Part shown: positions 15,001-24,915 of the stretch, piece after piece
Numbering within the stretch: the stretch's first letter is position 1
Layout: each line of letters starts with the position of its first letter
Assembly (NCBI GenBank): GCA_002269645.1
Contig: NIVC01000984.1
Span: forward strand, 1-64,000
DNA length: 64,000 nucleotides
Direction of reading: 5' to 3'
DNA from: Macrostomum lignano
Lineage: Eukaryota
Made by a program: the position numbers and the translations under genes
Notes under the pieces: generated by a model
The model's database searches: none
Told to the model about the DNA's origin: nothing
What the model saw: only the letters and a program-made list of their open reading frames with translations

Positions 15001-15279
15001 CCAAGTACTCAGCACCTATAATCCCATCATTACCTGTTTCTTCTTTTTCCCACTGCAAAGAAGATTGGGATCGGATCCCATAGCCAGAAGCTGCTCAACG
15101 CAAGCTGGTCGTCCTTTGACAACGGCAATGTAGAGCAGAGTCTGGCCCTCGCCAGTTGGCCTATTGATAACGCTGGCGCATTGACTGGCGTGAGTCTGGG
15201 CGAGAAGTTCCAGGGCTTCCAGGTTGCCATAGTTTACTGCATCGACCAGCTGCTTGAATAGCTCATCATCGCTATCCAT
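1..15279 (-). CDS. Lrrk: LRRK/Roco-family leucine-rich repeat kinase gene (ankyrin repeats, LRRs, Roc GTPase, COR); 3' part including the kinase lies beyond the left edge
   Basis: Eleven exons joined by GT-AG sites with compatible phases: 15279-15034, 14430-14223, 12655-12511, 11946-11523, 11019-10609, 9847-8849, 8165-7444, 5886-5709, 5193-4733, 1502-1280 and 439 to the left edge. Motifs: ankyrin (TLLYIAVVKG, TALHRAIEEG, LLYRACEHG, TPLYVACGKG, LPLHAACLEG), LRR (LxxLxLxxN), Roc P-loop GNANIGKT, STVGVDI, WDFGGQKEYYATHQYFLSKRAIYLVVW, and COR YFLDPQWL / LLGKFELAL / LLIPSLLP. Small indels occur at ~7985, ~1490 and ~1460. Confidence 0.93.
15..439 (-). CDS. Lrrk: Lrrk COR-domain exon (3' boundary and frame of the distal part uncertain)
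   Basis: aaattcag|GTA GAA AAC GAC CAG CTG CTG ATT CCC TCG CTG CTG CCG (VENDQLLIPSLLP), phase 0 with the previous exon. Confidence 0.65.
540..1160. repeat. GA-rich ~12-bp minisatellite (GAGAGGGAGACG) in an Lrrk intron
   Basis: Tandem units visible directly. Confidence 0.95.
1280..1502 (-). CDS. Lrrk: Lrrk COR-domain exon (two small indels)
   Basis: cattcag|GAT GTT; DIYFLDPQWL-CDLLAQVVT...YIVRLLGKFELALL; donor TTG|GTGAGG. Confidence 0.82.
1558..1786 (-). mobile_element. tRNA-derived SINE, family A, copy 1 (internal deletion relative to copy 2)
   Basis: Minus-strand head GGGGCCGTATCTCAGTGGTC...GGCTCGATTCC (A- and B-box-like); body and tail are homologous to 54611-54855. Confidence 0.75.
2014..2310. 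repeat. 48-bp minisatellite (~6 copies) built from TCCGGA-containing subunits
   Basis: Unit ctgaaatccggatcaaaattccggaccaaaattccggaacccagatca. Confidence 0.95.
2715..3400. repeat. Composite TCTATCTTTAGTCTATCCGGATCT-type minisatellite
   Basis: Tandem, variably combined subunits visible directly. Confidence 0.9.
4030..4640. repeat. ~13-15-bp minisatellite (GGGAATCACAGTGG)
   Basis: Tandem units visible directly. Confidence 0.95.
4733..5193 (-). CDS. Lrrk: Lrrk exon 9 (Roc GTPase core)
   Basis: ccaacag|GC AAG; STVGVDIG...RTWDFGGQKEYYATHQYFL...VIIVGTHLD; donor CAG|GTGAGA. Confidence 0.93.
5225..5600. repeat. 28-30-bp intronic minisatellite (GTACCAGGTATGGCTATTAGATATGTGA)
   Basis: Tandem units visible directly. 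Confidence 0.95.
5709..5886 (-). CDS. Lrrk: Lrrk exon 8 (start of Roc, P-loop)
   Basis: ccgcag|GGT CGA; ILSYLKSVKTESRPYNQLKLMVVGNANIGKTTLINRL; donor GTT G|GTAAGC. Confidence 0.92.
5900..7430. repeat. 30-bp minisatellite (~50 copies) filling almost the whole Lrrk intron 7
   Basis: Unit ggagtgacagtgctcagactatcagtaact; it explains the 410-aa repetitive ORF. Confidence 0.97.
7444..8165 (-). CDS. Lrrk: Lrrk exon 7 (LRRs; 1-nt deletion near 7985)
   Basis: ccgtag|GTG CTC; LNTLILKGNRL then a frame change to LRRLDLGANQI. The exon is 722 nt, one short of the 723 needed for its phase-0 ends. Donor CAG|GTACGT. Confidence 0.85.
8400..8830. repeat. Degenerate ~20-bp minisatellite (GGAATGTGAAA core)
   Basis: Tandem units visible directly. 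Confidence 0.85.
8849..9847 (-). CDS. Lrrk: Lrrk exon 6 (LRRs)
   Basis: aaaccag|TTG GAC; LRR repeats VDLSGCGL, LSLANNAI, LNVAGNRL, LDLADNCL; donor AAG|GTGAGA; 333 codons. Confidence 0.9.
9915..10555. repeat. 21-22-bp intronic minisatellite (GATTCTCATGGATTAGAGAGC)
   Basis: Tandem units visible directly. Confidence 0.96.
10609..11019 (-). CDS. Lrrk: Lrrk exon 5 (ankyrin repeats)
   Basis: cgcacag|GTC TCT; 137 codons including YPLRVAVESGSLDLADLLMRHGA; donor CAG|GTGAGC. Confidence 0.88.
11523..11946 (-). CDS. Lrrk: Lrrk exon 4 (ankyrin repeats)
   Basis: cccag|A GCC TGC GAG; GYTPLYVACGKG, MLPLHAACLEGH, YSALQLATLWGH; donor AAG|GTGATG. Confidence 0.9.
11960..12430. repeat. 34-bp intronic minisatellite (GGGTAAGGCTGGTTGTGGCCACAGTGTACAATTG)
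   Basis: Tandem units visible directly. Confidence 0.95.
12511..12655 (-). CDS. Lrrk: Lrrk exon 3 (not shown in the ORF track)
   Basis: Acceptor accag|AG CAA TAC; open frame QYELEATEFYNLCL...QDSYSLLY; strong donor TAT AG|GTAAGT; joins exon 4 to give SLLYRACEHG. Confidence 0.85.
12850..14130. repeat. 36-bp intronic minisatellite (AGATGCCAAGGCTCATGAGGTCATTAAGTACAGCTC)
   Basis: Tandem units visible directly. Confidence 0.96.
14223..14430 (-). CDS. Lrrk: Lrrk exon 2 (ankyrin TALHRAIEEGQAEMVCSLL)
   Basis: Acceptor ctgtag|ACC GCT CTA CAC; donor AAT G|GTGTGT; phase 1 matches the next exon. Confidence 0.8.
14640..14775 (-). mobile_element. Degenerate 3' fragment of SINE family A
   Basis: Shares cacacaagcgcgc, ctcacacagga.tgtacagc and ggttggctctca with the two fuller copies. 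Confidence 0.5.
15034..15279 (-). CDS. Lrrk: Lrrk first coding exon (ankyrin repeat)
   Basis: ATG at 15279 directly after ttttttccatatccAG; donor CAG|GTAATG; 82 codons, phase 0. Confidence 0.85.
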
Positions 15280-15663
15280 CTGGATATGGAAAAAAGCAAC
15301 TTAAGTTATCCTAACTTGATACCTAATTCTAATTTAAGTATTTAATATACAAGCATACTTCAGGTTTATTCAGGTTAAAATAATTTGTAAACAATTTTAA
15401 AAGATATTAAAGATAAAAATTGGATGGCATATATTTAAAGAATAATAAATAAACTCATTGGTCAATAATAAAAAGCAGGGACCATATTGATATACAAGAG
15501 ATCAAGATAATAAAGCATAGTCGCAGCTTAAAACTACATAAAGGTTTTATATTCTGCAAAGATTTTGATTTAGCAAAATAGCTAAACAATAAGGTAATAA
15601 AACGATGTTATATATAACTAAAGAGATTATACATAAGCTGTATACTAGTATAACCAATATACA

Positions 15664-15950
15664 TATACTTAGCAACATTGAAAAGTTGCCACCCTTTGCC
15701 CTAGTGAGCAGTGTCTTTTGACTAGTGTCTATCACTAGGCCAACCATTTTGATATTAATGCTTAAAAAAGCAATGAAAATGAAGTGAAAGCTTCAATCCA
15801 TCTACTCTTTGTCCTCTGCTCTTCCTAATCTTCCTCACTCAGCCTAACTCTGCATTGCATGGTGCAAGTTGCATCATTCCAAAGTCAACACTGAGCTAGA
15901 ATTGACTACACACTTTCAAAGGTGGCAACTTTTTAATGTTGTTGAATATA
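15664..15950. mobile_element. Putative MITE (~290 bp) with ~30-bp imperfect TIRs
   Basis: agcaacattgaaaagttgccaccctttg at ~15671 versus caaaggtggcaactttttaatgttgtt at ~15917 (reverse complement). Confidence 0.55.
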
Positions 15951-16251
15951 AGCAAGCTTATTTGACTGGCATTGGGATTGACAATTGTTTTGTCTATCAC
16001 TCTTTTGTTTACAAAAATATAATATAGCTAGTCATTTTGTCTGCTATAAAATAATAAATATGACATCAATGCATGAGTTTAGAATAAATATTGATAAGGT
16101 AACAAATTCATTTTTAGTAACAGTGACAACTGAGAACTAACTTATATTAGAAGTATGAGTAATGAATATATCAAAAAATAATAATTTGCATGTGTCTTAT
16201 TAGGTACAAATTTTGTTAACATTTTTGATAACCAATAAATAAATCATCTCT

Positions 16252-17400
16252 AGGATACTTTTGCTGTTTTTGACAATAAAAAAGACCACGACGAGTTTCT
16301 TACTATTATCAACTCCACCATCTGAACATTAAGTTCACCATTGAGGGCGGAGGGAAGAATCTCCCATTTCTTGATACCGAGGTTGACTGTTCTGGACACC
16401 GTCCTCTTGTGAAAGTTTACCGTAAACCAACGTTTACTGGGCTGATGTTAAGTTTTCATGCTTTATGTCCGACTCACTGGAAATCCGGGTTAGTTAGGTG
16501 CCTTCTTCACAGAGCCTACGAGGTGAGCAGTTCTTGGAGTTCATTTCACCTAAAATCCTTAGATCTAATGGATACCCTCTCAGTTTTGTCAGCCGTATTA
16601 TCAATGCGTTGCCACTAAGAAAGTTTCTAGCGATGCGAGACCCAGGCAACCGGAGATAGATTCTTGGGATGCTCTGTTGGTTCTCCCATTTTTTGGCAAT
16701 GCTTCGCTTGACTTCAGGAAAAAACTTAAGAAAATGTTTAGCAAATGGCTTAAGTGCACCGTTAGGATTGTGTTTCGCACCGAAAAGATTGGTCGCTATG
16801 CTAGCAGGCTCAAGTCAGCTGTTCCACTTGCTCTAAGGGCTGGTGTTGTTTACCAATTTTGCTGCTCTGAGGATCAGAGCATTTCCTAAATTGGAAAAAT
16901 GAAGTGACACCTGCACACTAGAGCTAGGGAACATTGGCTAAAAAGCTCTGCGATTAATGACCATCTGCTTGTTTGTAAAAAATGCTGTGACGGTAAACCG
17001 ATTCAGCTCTTTAAAGTGCTGGATGGGTACAAATTTGACCATAAGCTTAAGATTATTGAAGCTTTGTATATCAGAATGCACAAACCCAACCTGAATGTGC
17101 AGTTTGCTGGCAATGGGGTGGAGCATGAGCTAAGAGTATTGTGAGCAGAGCCGTGCCTATTTTTTTATTATTTTTTTCTCTCTCACGTTGTTATGTACTT
17201 GGCACTTTCTAAATTCTACCGGACTGTTTTGACCCGCCTCTGGACTGTACAGTGATTTTTGCTTAAATATATTGGTGGTGTGATCTTAGGTTGATTGAAT
17301 TTGCCCTGACGATGTCTTGTGTTTGACGAAACACGTTGGCTAGAATTAAACAAAGTTTACTTTTTATGTTTTTGTTGACGTTTATTTTCCTACTATTTGT
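16252..17400 (+). mobile_element. 5'-truncated, degenerate Penelope-like retroelement (RT C-terminus, thumb, GIY-YIG endonuclease, 3' hammerhead)
   Basis: DTFAVFD...IKFTIE...LPFLD...VYRKPTFTG...WKSGLVRCLLHRAY; GVVYQFCC...YIGK...RAREH...KIIEALYI...PNLN, with stops and frameshifts. Confidence 0.88.
17303..17340 (+). ncRNA. Minimal type I hammerhead ribozyme motif (Penelope pLTR type)
   Basis: GCC-CTGACGA-T-GTC(ttgtgttt)GAC-GAA-ACACGT-T-GGC: intact CUGANGA/GAA core, stems I and II, short stem III, NUH = GUU. Confidence 0.75.
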
Positions 17401-17937
17401 TAGACGAGCTACACTTCCATAAAGAAATATAGCCATCTATTAAAATATACTATTCAAAGGATGATTAAAATTATTTTTTTATAAAACTTTTAAATATTAT
17501 ATACTAGGATATAAATAATACCAACAAAAATGATTTCTCAATATATTTTTTTATGATTTGCAATATATCATAATGAAAAATGAGCTTTATACTAATATGT
17601 AACTAGTTTTATATCATATTTTTAAAGTCATTTTCTCTGCCAACAGATGAAATAAACATGCAGTAGAAATGGGATAAGACTATTGGATAATATTGGCTAT
17701 CTATATTATGACATAATTTCAATGTCTTTCTATAATGTAAGAGATTATGTGAAATATACAAAAAACTTTTGTTTTAGGCCTAGCATAAATTTGGTTTGGT
17801 AATAGTCAGCTGGCTTTATACCTAGAATGATATTATTTTAGTTTTGGATGGTCAATAAAAACAATAGGCAAGGTAAGGCTTGTAATTTAAAATCAAATCT
17901 AAATAAAATATAAATTACATAATAACTATCCTAGGCC

Positions 17938-18135
17938 TAGGGGTGGCAGAGCCTAATATTTTAGGGGGGACACCAGGCAAGGGCAAGGGGGCACAGTTAC
18001 CTTTATAAGCTGCTAATTAGGGTCTAAAATCAGAAAAACACAAAAAATTACCGCATGGACTCATTTTCTAGGGGGGGGGTGGGGGGGCACATGCACCCGG
18101 TGCCACAACTCAAGCTCCCGCAGCTGACACCCATG
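17938..18135. mobile_element. Possible small non-autonomous DNA transposon (G-run-rich, imperfect ~15-bp TIR)
   Basis: taggggtggcag at the left versus ctgacacccatg at the right; internal gggggcacatgcacccggtgcc. Confidence 0.3.
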
Positions 18136-19544
18136 ATCCCAGCATCCATAAACTATGTGAGTAAAAGTAAAGAAAATGATATATAGCTAATGCTTATAAT
18201 AGCATCAAAATCTAGTCATTTTTCATTATAAAAAGCTAATTATAGATTACCTTGTTATTTGTGTTTTAAGTTGTTGTTTTGAATTTAAAAAATTAAACTG
18301 AATTGGATGGAATAAAGCCAATGAAAATATCGATGAAATCTGAAAAAATCTGAATAGACTAGTGGCGATACAAATCGAAACAGGAAAACATGTTTCAATT
18401 ACATATACCGGTACACTTGGTCAGGCCCAGGGCGTAGGCGTCTTAAAAATGTGACTTTATCTTAAGACATCCACCGAGGATCAGTTTCACCTGCTTTGAA
18501 AATTCGATTTTTTTAATTTTAGAGCTCAGAAATGAAATAACACCTATGTTTTCCATAAACATCGGCAATATAACATGAAAAACTCCCGATGTCTATCGAG
18601 CCGTAACATGTTACCGTGTTATAGAATACGGGTATAATTCCGTTTTCTATGAAAGAATTTAAAATGCGCGCAGCCAGCCGTGTCCCACTCGTGAGGCCAT
18701 TCTATCCTCGGAAAACACGGCCTTGCAGCCCAGTAATGAATGCAGCGGTGTAGCGCTGCATGTATTTCTGGCTTTATTTTACGTTGTATTTAATACATTT
18801 GCGCACGTATGCACCAGCCGGTTCTATAAGCCACGGGTGATATTGGTAAACAAGTGTACTATTCAAATTGCATTTTAGCTAGCTAAATTAAAATAAGCCT
18901 GCCTAAACATAAAATTTTACCACTTGCCAATTAGTTAGGCTTACACTTTACAGATTTATTTATTGCTCTTTAGACTTTGGAATCATTTAAAATTTACATA
19001 ACTATCCAATTTTTTGTTTAGCCTAGGCAAAATGCATATTTAATAAGCTTTCTAGGCTTCTAAAATCTAATAGCCTTCTATTTCAAATCATTGATTATTT
19101 TCTACTATTGACTAGTAGGTCTAAGTCTAAAATATTTTCTTTTCTTTTGTGTTATAAAGCCTTTATGCTATATTAGAATATGTTTTTTTAATGATAATAA
19201 GAATCTTTTTCTTTGGATCTAAAATTCATTTGGTTCTTCTTTAATTTAAGTAGCTTAGGCCTATCTATTTATAAGACCTAAGCCTAGCCTATGTTTATAA
19301 TGTTTTATATTAAAATGTTTTAATAATATTGTTTTATGGGAATCAAAAGTAGGAATATAACTATATAAGATAAAGCATGCCTAGAATAAAAACCTTTTTG
19401 AAATAATTAGCCATAGTCTAATCAACTATAGACTAACTAATAACTATTCATTGTCACTATATAAAGTGATGATATCCTTCTAGTTGTGATCTTTTCTTTC
19501 CCTCTAATGCTAGGCCTTACCTTTTTCTTTCTAGCCCATATTCT

Positions 19545-19613
19545 AAAAGAAAGGAGATTGCGAGCATTTTCATTAGAACGACATGTTTCGCCTAACTTTA
19601 GGCATCATCGGGC

Positions 19614-19665
<52 letters not shown>

Positions 19666-20412
19666 CCGGGTAGTGGGTGTACATTTAGAACACTCTCAGG
19701 AGAGCACCGGCCCCGGAATAACCCAACTGTTTATTTAAAGTTGGTTGCCAGTTTTTAATGTACATAGCTTCAATAATCTTAAGGCGATGATCGATATTGC
19801 AACTGTGTATGATAGTAAACCTATCCTTTTGTTCACTGTTGGCGCATTCACTACAGGCCATAAGATGGTCTTGCACTGCTGATGGCTTTAACCAGTGTTC
19901 TCTGCCCCTAACATACAAGTGCCGTTTCGATTTACCTAGGTAGGTAACTCTCTGATCAACAGAGCACTGGAATTGGTAGACGACACCTGCACGTAGTTGC
20001 AGAGGCACACGGCTTTTGAGCTTAGAGACATACTGGCCAACTTTATCGCAATAAAAGGTGATTCTTAGATTATCATTAGAAAACTGCTTAAAGCACCGGA
20101 GGAGCGCTTTCTTAAAACTGATCGAAGCCTCGCCATAGTAGGGGATAGAAAGGTGCCTATATTTGGTCTGAAACTGATCTTGCTGTTGTTCATTCACATT
20201 GGATTTTTGCAAATGTAATTTTTGGTTGAGAAACTTTTTAAGATGGTAGCTAAGCAGAGATTCTGGGTAATCATTCATACGGAAATATTTAGTGAGATTA
20301 GTCATTTCTTCATGGAAATTCTTCCAGCTGTTAGAAATTTCAAAAGCCCGGTGGAGCATGCAGCGAACCAGGCCGATTTTCCACTGTTTCGGGCAGATCG
20401 AATTAAAGATAA
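19545..20412 (-). mobile_element. 5'-truncated Penelope-like insertion (thumb, GIY-YIG, 3' hammerhead) with a 12-bp TSD
   Basis: ORF ...WKIGLVRCMLHRAF...GVVYQFQC...TYLGKSKRHLYVRGREH...IIEAMYIKNWQPTLN; flanked by AGCCCATATTCT at 19533-19544 and 20413-20424; the empty site is seen in the right arm at ~29985-29996. Confidence 0.9.
19578..19613 (-). ncRNA. Hammerhead ribozyme motif with variant core (CCGAUGA)
   Basis: GC-CCGATGA-T-GCCTAAAGTTAGGC-GAA-ACATGT-C-GT: hairpin stem II, palindromic stem III, GUC cleavage triplet, U4-to-C change. Confidence 0.65.
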
Positions 20413-20509
20413 AGCCCATATTCTGTTCTCTAAAGCCCCACCTTATTTTCCCTTCAGTGTTACCCTCCTCTCCAGTCCCACAATGTTTTCCCATTAAATT
20501 CTTATCCTT

Positions 20510-21545
20510 TTTCATAATCTCACCCTCGTACCCTCTAGCCCCACCTTCTTAGCCTTTAGTTCCACTATCCTACCCTCCAGCCCTACCCTCCTTCCCTCTA
20601 GCCCCACCCTCCCCTCCAGCTTCCACCCTCTTCTCTCCTCTAGACCCATCCCTTCTCTCCAGCCCCACCCCTTCCCTCTAGCCCCACCCCTTCCCTCTAG
20701 CCCCACCCTTCCCTCCAGCCCCACCCCTTTCCTCTAGCCCTAACCCTCCCTCCAGCTTCCACCCTCTTCTCCCCTCCAGCCCAACCCTCCTACCTCTAGC
20801 CCCACCCTCCTTCCCTCTAGCCCTACCCTCCTTCCCTCCAGCCCCACCCTCCTACCCTCCAGCCCGCCCTCCCTTCCAGCTTCCACCCTCTTCTCCCTCC
20901 AGCCCCACCCTCCTACCTCCAGCGCCACCCTACTACCCTCTAGCCCCACCCTCCCAGTTTCCAACCTCTTCTCCCCTCCAGCCTCACCCTCCTCCCCTCC
21001 AGCCTCACCCTCCTCCCCTCCAGCCTCACCCTCCTACCCTCTAGCCCCACCTTCCTAGCCTCTAGTTCCACTATCCTACCTTCCAGCCCCACCCTCCTTC
21101 CCTCTAGCCCCACCCTCCTTCCCTGCAGCCTCACCCTCTTCTCTCCGCTAGCCTCATCCTCCTCTCTAGCCCTCACCCTTTCTCCTCTCTAACATCACCT
21201 TTTCTCCTCCAACCTCGTCCTCCTACCCTCTAGCCTCTACTCTCTTCTTTCCTTCAATACCCCCTCGTCCCCTCTAGCCCTACTATGTCCTCCAGTTGAA
21301 TCCTCACCCTTTTCTCCCCAAAACCTACCCTCTCCTTTCTTCCAGCCCCTATCCTTCTCTCCAGGACCTACCCTTGTTCTCTTTCAGCCTCGCTCTCATG
21401 TCCCCTCCAGCCCCACCCCCTTCTTCCCCCAGCCCCACTCTCTCCTCTTCAGCCCATCCTCTCCTCCCCTCCAGCCTCACCCTCTCCTACCCCAGCCTCA
21501 ACCTCTTCGCCCCTCCAGCCCCACCCTATTTTCCTATTCAGCCTC
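20510..21545. repeat. C-rich ~21-bp minisatellite (CTAGCCCCACCCTCC core), left arm
   Basis: Tandem units; mirrored at 28540-29890. Confidence 0.9.
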
Positions 21546-21619
21546 ACCCTTTCTCGTAGCTCTGCTAATAAAATTTAATTATCCTTTTCAGAAGTGAAAA
21601 ATAATATTTCTATTTTCTC

Positions 21620-22490
21620 TCTTCAGAATGTCCTCGCACCGGTCTTGAGGTCATACCACGTGCCGGAGCGACTGGTCGCAGCAACCATAACTCTCTTCTA
21701 GGAGACCCTGGCCGCCGTGGTGACACCTGACGGACTATCCGACCTGTTCAACACGACCTCAGGGATGCTGCAAGGCGACACGCTTGCGTCCAACCGTTTC
21801 GTGTTGGTGCTCGATGGGGTGCTACGTAGGGCCCTGCCAACAGATGAGGACAGCTTCCTACTGTGCCGGCAAACAAGCTGCCGCCAATCGGAGAAGCGGC
21901 TGTCACTCATGGGTTACGCGACGACCTGGCGCTGCCCCTCTACGGCTGAGGGAGCTCAGCGCATGCTAGACAGCCTGGTTGGTGGCAGCTGCGGCATCGG
22001 TCGGGCTAGCGGTGAACATCGAGAAGACGGAGGTGATGACTGTACCTGCGGAGCTGCCTATCAAAATCATCTGCTGGGACACCCGACGGTCATGCAGCAG
22101 TTCTACCTCGCTGCGCGTGCTTCACGTACCCCGGCGATCTTGTGCCCAGTGTCCAGGAGGACTTGGCGCGACGCAGGGGCCTGGCCTGGGCGGCCTTCCG
22201 CTCCATCCGAGTCGTCCTGCAGAACGCCGCGCTGCCAGACTGCTGCGATCACCTAGCGAGACCCTCCGCAGGCGAAGACATCAGCTGGCGGGCCACACCA
22301 TCCACGCGGAGGCCTACTGTTCTCAACCAGTGCAAGACGTCCTGCTGCTCACGATGCAGGGCCCCTGGCACCGGGGCTACGGCCGGGCGAGTCGCGTCGC
22401 GGATTGCCTGTTGGATGGCGCTAAGGTGATTGGCCAGGCGCACGCTGTTGCCGCCTTTAGAGAGCTCGCACTGAGAGAACTGATCTGACA
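21620..22490 (+). mobile_element. Degenerate non-LTR retrotransposon RT fragment (RTE-like), left arm
   Basis: VTPDGLSDLFNTTSGMLQGDTLA...FVLVLD...GY(A)DDL...SVGLAVNIEKTEVM; frameshifted. Confidence 0.85.
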
Positions 22491-23057
22491 CCGCCTCCCA
22501 TTGTGAACTGTTACTTTTAACTCAACAATACTGGGTGTGCCTTGTTGTTATTTTCTTTCCAAAATTATTTGCCTAGCTGCGAACTGTGATGGTGCATATT
22601 GCGTACTCGCGATTCAATAGCTTATACTTATTACTGTTTTACTTATTGCCTTCCGGTGTCAATGCTATTTATTGCGTGTAATATTATCGCAAAATTCAAG
22701 TTCGGGTGTCATTATTTAGCTACTGCCGCTGTTCTGCATTACAATTATTATAGTACTTCGTATCTACTGACGTAACATTGTACCAAAAATTTTACATTGC
22801 ATGGCGCCAAAACCAATCTTGTTGAATGCTACTAGCGTAATAGCCGTTTGAATCGCTTGAAATACATTGTAATGCCTTGCTGTATTGCTTTTGACGATCT
22901 AAACGACACTGGCTAGACTTCACTGATCCATATGCTCCTCAAGCAAGGTATTATGGAAAGCAGATTGAGCAGCAAACTTAGTGTTTGATTGATAGAGACA
23001 TTGTATAGTTGGATCTTTGGATCACGGATAGAACCAAGGAATCTAGATCTGGAGGCA

Positions 23058-23650
23058 TGCGGGGGGAGCGGCGGAAAGCAGCGGAGCTGTTGGGGGGAGC
23101 GGCGGAAAGCAGCGGAGCTGTTGGGGGGAGCGGCGGAAAGCAACGGAGCTGTTGGGGGAAGTGGCGGAAAGCAGCGGAGCTGTTGGGGGAAGCGGCGGAA
23201 AGCAACGGAGCTGTTGGGGGGAGCGGCGGAAAGCAGCAGAGCTGTTGGGGGGAGCGGCGGAATACAGCGGAGCTGCTGGGGAGCGGCGGAAAGCAACGGA
23301 GCTGTTGGTGTAAGCGGCGGAAAGCAGCGGAGCTGTTGGGGGAGCGAGCGGAAAGCAGCGGAGCTGTTGGGGAGCGGCGGAAAGCGGCGGAAAGCAACGG
23401 AGCTGTTGGGAAGTGGCGGAAAGCAGCCGGAGCTGTTGGGGGAGCGGCGGAAAGCGGAGCTGTTGGGGGGAGCGCGGAAAGCAGCGGAGCTGTTGGGGGG
23501 GAGCGGCGGAAAGCAGCGGAGCTGTTGGTGTAAGCGGCGGAAAGCAGCGGAGCTGTTGGGGGAGCGGCGGAATACAGCGGAGCTGCTGGGGGAGCGGCGG
23601 AAAGCAACGGAGCTGTTGGGGGAGCGGCGGAAAGCAGCGGAGCTGTTGGT
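23058..23650. repeat. ~30-bp GC-rich minisatellite (GGCGGAAAGCAGCGGAGCTGTTGGGGGGA), left arm
   Basis: Tandem units; mirrored at 25885-27035 with about twice as many copies. Confidence 0.95.
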
Positions 23651-24269
23651 TTGATAACAGCTGACAAGCTTATTTGCATAGAGCGATGCTATGAGAATGA
23701 ATTCAGTCAGTCAGTTTAAGGCAGAAAGCTGGAAGCTCTCTGCCTCTGCCTACCCTTCAACTGAATCGAGTGAACTCGCAGTGCCTGAAGTGCCCGAAGT
23801 TGGTTCTACATGTACGTATATATACTGTTTTGGCAAACTGGATTACAAAAAGGTACGGCTCATATATTACAGTATGGCTCAGCGCATAAGGCTCAGCCTC
23901 CGATCATTTACTAATTATTTAATGTCGCGAAAGGGGACTCTCAGTCCCCAACATCCTGCATGGTATTTAGGGGGCCTAGGGTCTTGGCCTTGGGGCCTTC
24001 GACAAGTGACTGCCGCAATTTGACTGGGGACTATGAACTCTAAACATTGGCACCTCAAGATTAGAGCGGCGGCACTCGAACCAAAATAATGTTGAAGGAC
24101 TACAGAATACATGCTGTATATATAGCTACGTACATGTAACGCATCTTGCACTCAATGTATTTAATGTTATACATGTAGAGTATCTAATACCATGCTAAAA
24201 GAGCACGTAACTTCTGAATGTACAGTGTACATATAGCAGGCGTGAGGGCATTAAAGATATTCTTCCATC

Positions 24270-24915
24270 TATACCGAGGGTCATCTCAAAAGTTTCATTA
24301 AACACTTATTAATTTTCAGCAAACGAGTGTCAGAACAGTGAACAGCTCAAAAACCTTCAAAATAACTTCCGTTGGTTTGAATCGTGCGCTACCAGCAGCC
24401 AGGCAACTTGTGGACGCCGTCAGCAGCGCCAGATTCGCACAGGTCTTTTGCAATGCGGCCGATCTCGCTGCCTGGATGCTGGTTCCCTTAAATACCCTTG
24501 AAGCTGGTTCTTAAGCTTTGGGAAAGGCTGAAATCGCAGGGACTGAGGTCTGGGGAGTAAGTAGGATGAGGCAGCACCTCCCATGCCACTGATAGTCCCG
24601 CTGTAGGTCCTGCACAATGCGGGCTGTGTGCGAACTGGCATTGTCGTGCGGAAGGAGTGGACCAAGTTCCAGGGTCTGTGTGGCCGCTTTTTGCGCAAGG
24701 CAGGCCGAAAATGGTGGGTTATGAAGCTCCGATAAAACTTTTGGTTGATGTTTTGGCCCTCAGAAATGCGGTGGATGAGAATAATGCCAAAACTGTCGTA
24801 GCATGCGATGATCATCATTTTGTCGGCTCCCTTGGCGCGCCGCAGAACTGATGGTTTCAGTGGCTGGGCAGAATTTTTCGACTGCCACTCGGAATTCTGG
24901 CTCTTGAGGTTGGGC
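24270..24915 (-). mobile_element. Mariner (DD34D-type) transposase C-terminal remnant with one TIR, in the palindrome spacer
   Basis: KSQNSEWQS...KMMIIACYDSFG...RPALRKKRP, WEVLPHPTYSPDLSPCDF, ...GSYFEGF*; TIR-like TACCGAGGGTCATCTCAAAAGTT at ~24272. Confidence 0.85.

Larger units (their letters stand above)
18543..24113. repeat. Left arm of a ~12.5-kb inverted duplication
   Basis: Colinear reverse complement of 25421-31085, including an AT-rich block, a C-rich satellite, an RT fragment and a 30-bp satellite. Confidence 0.95.
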
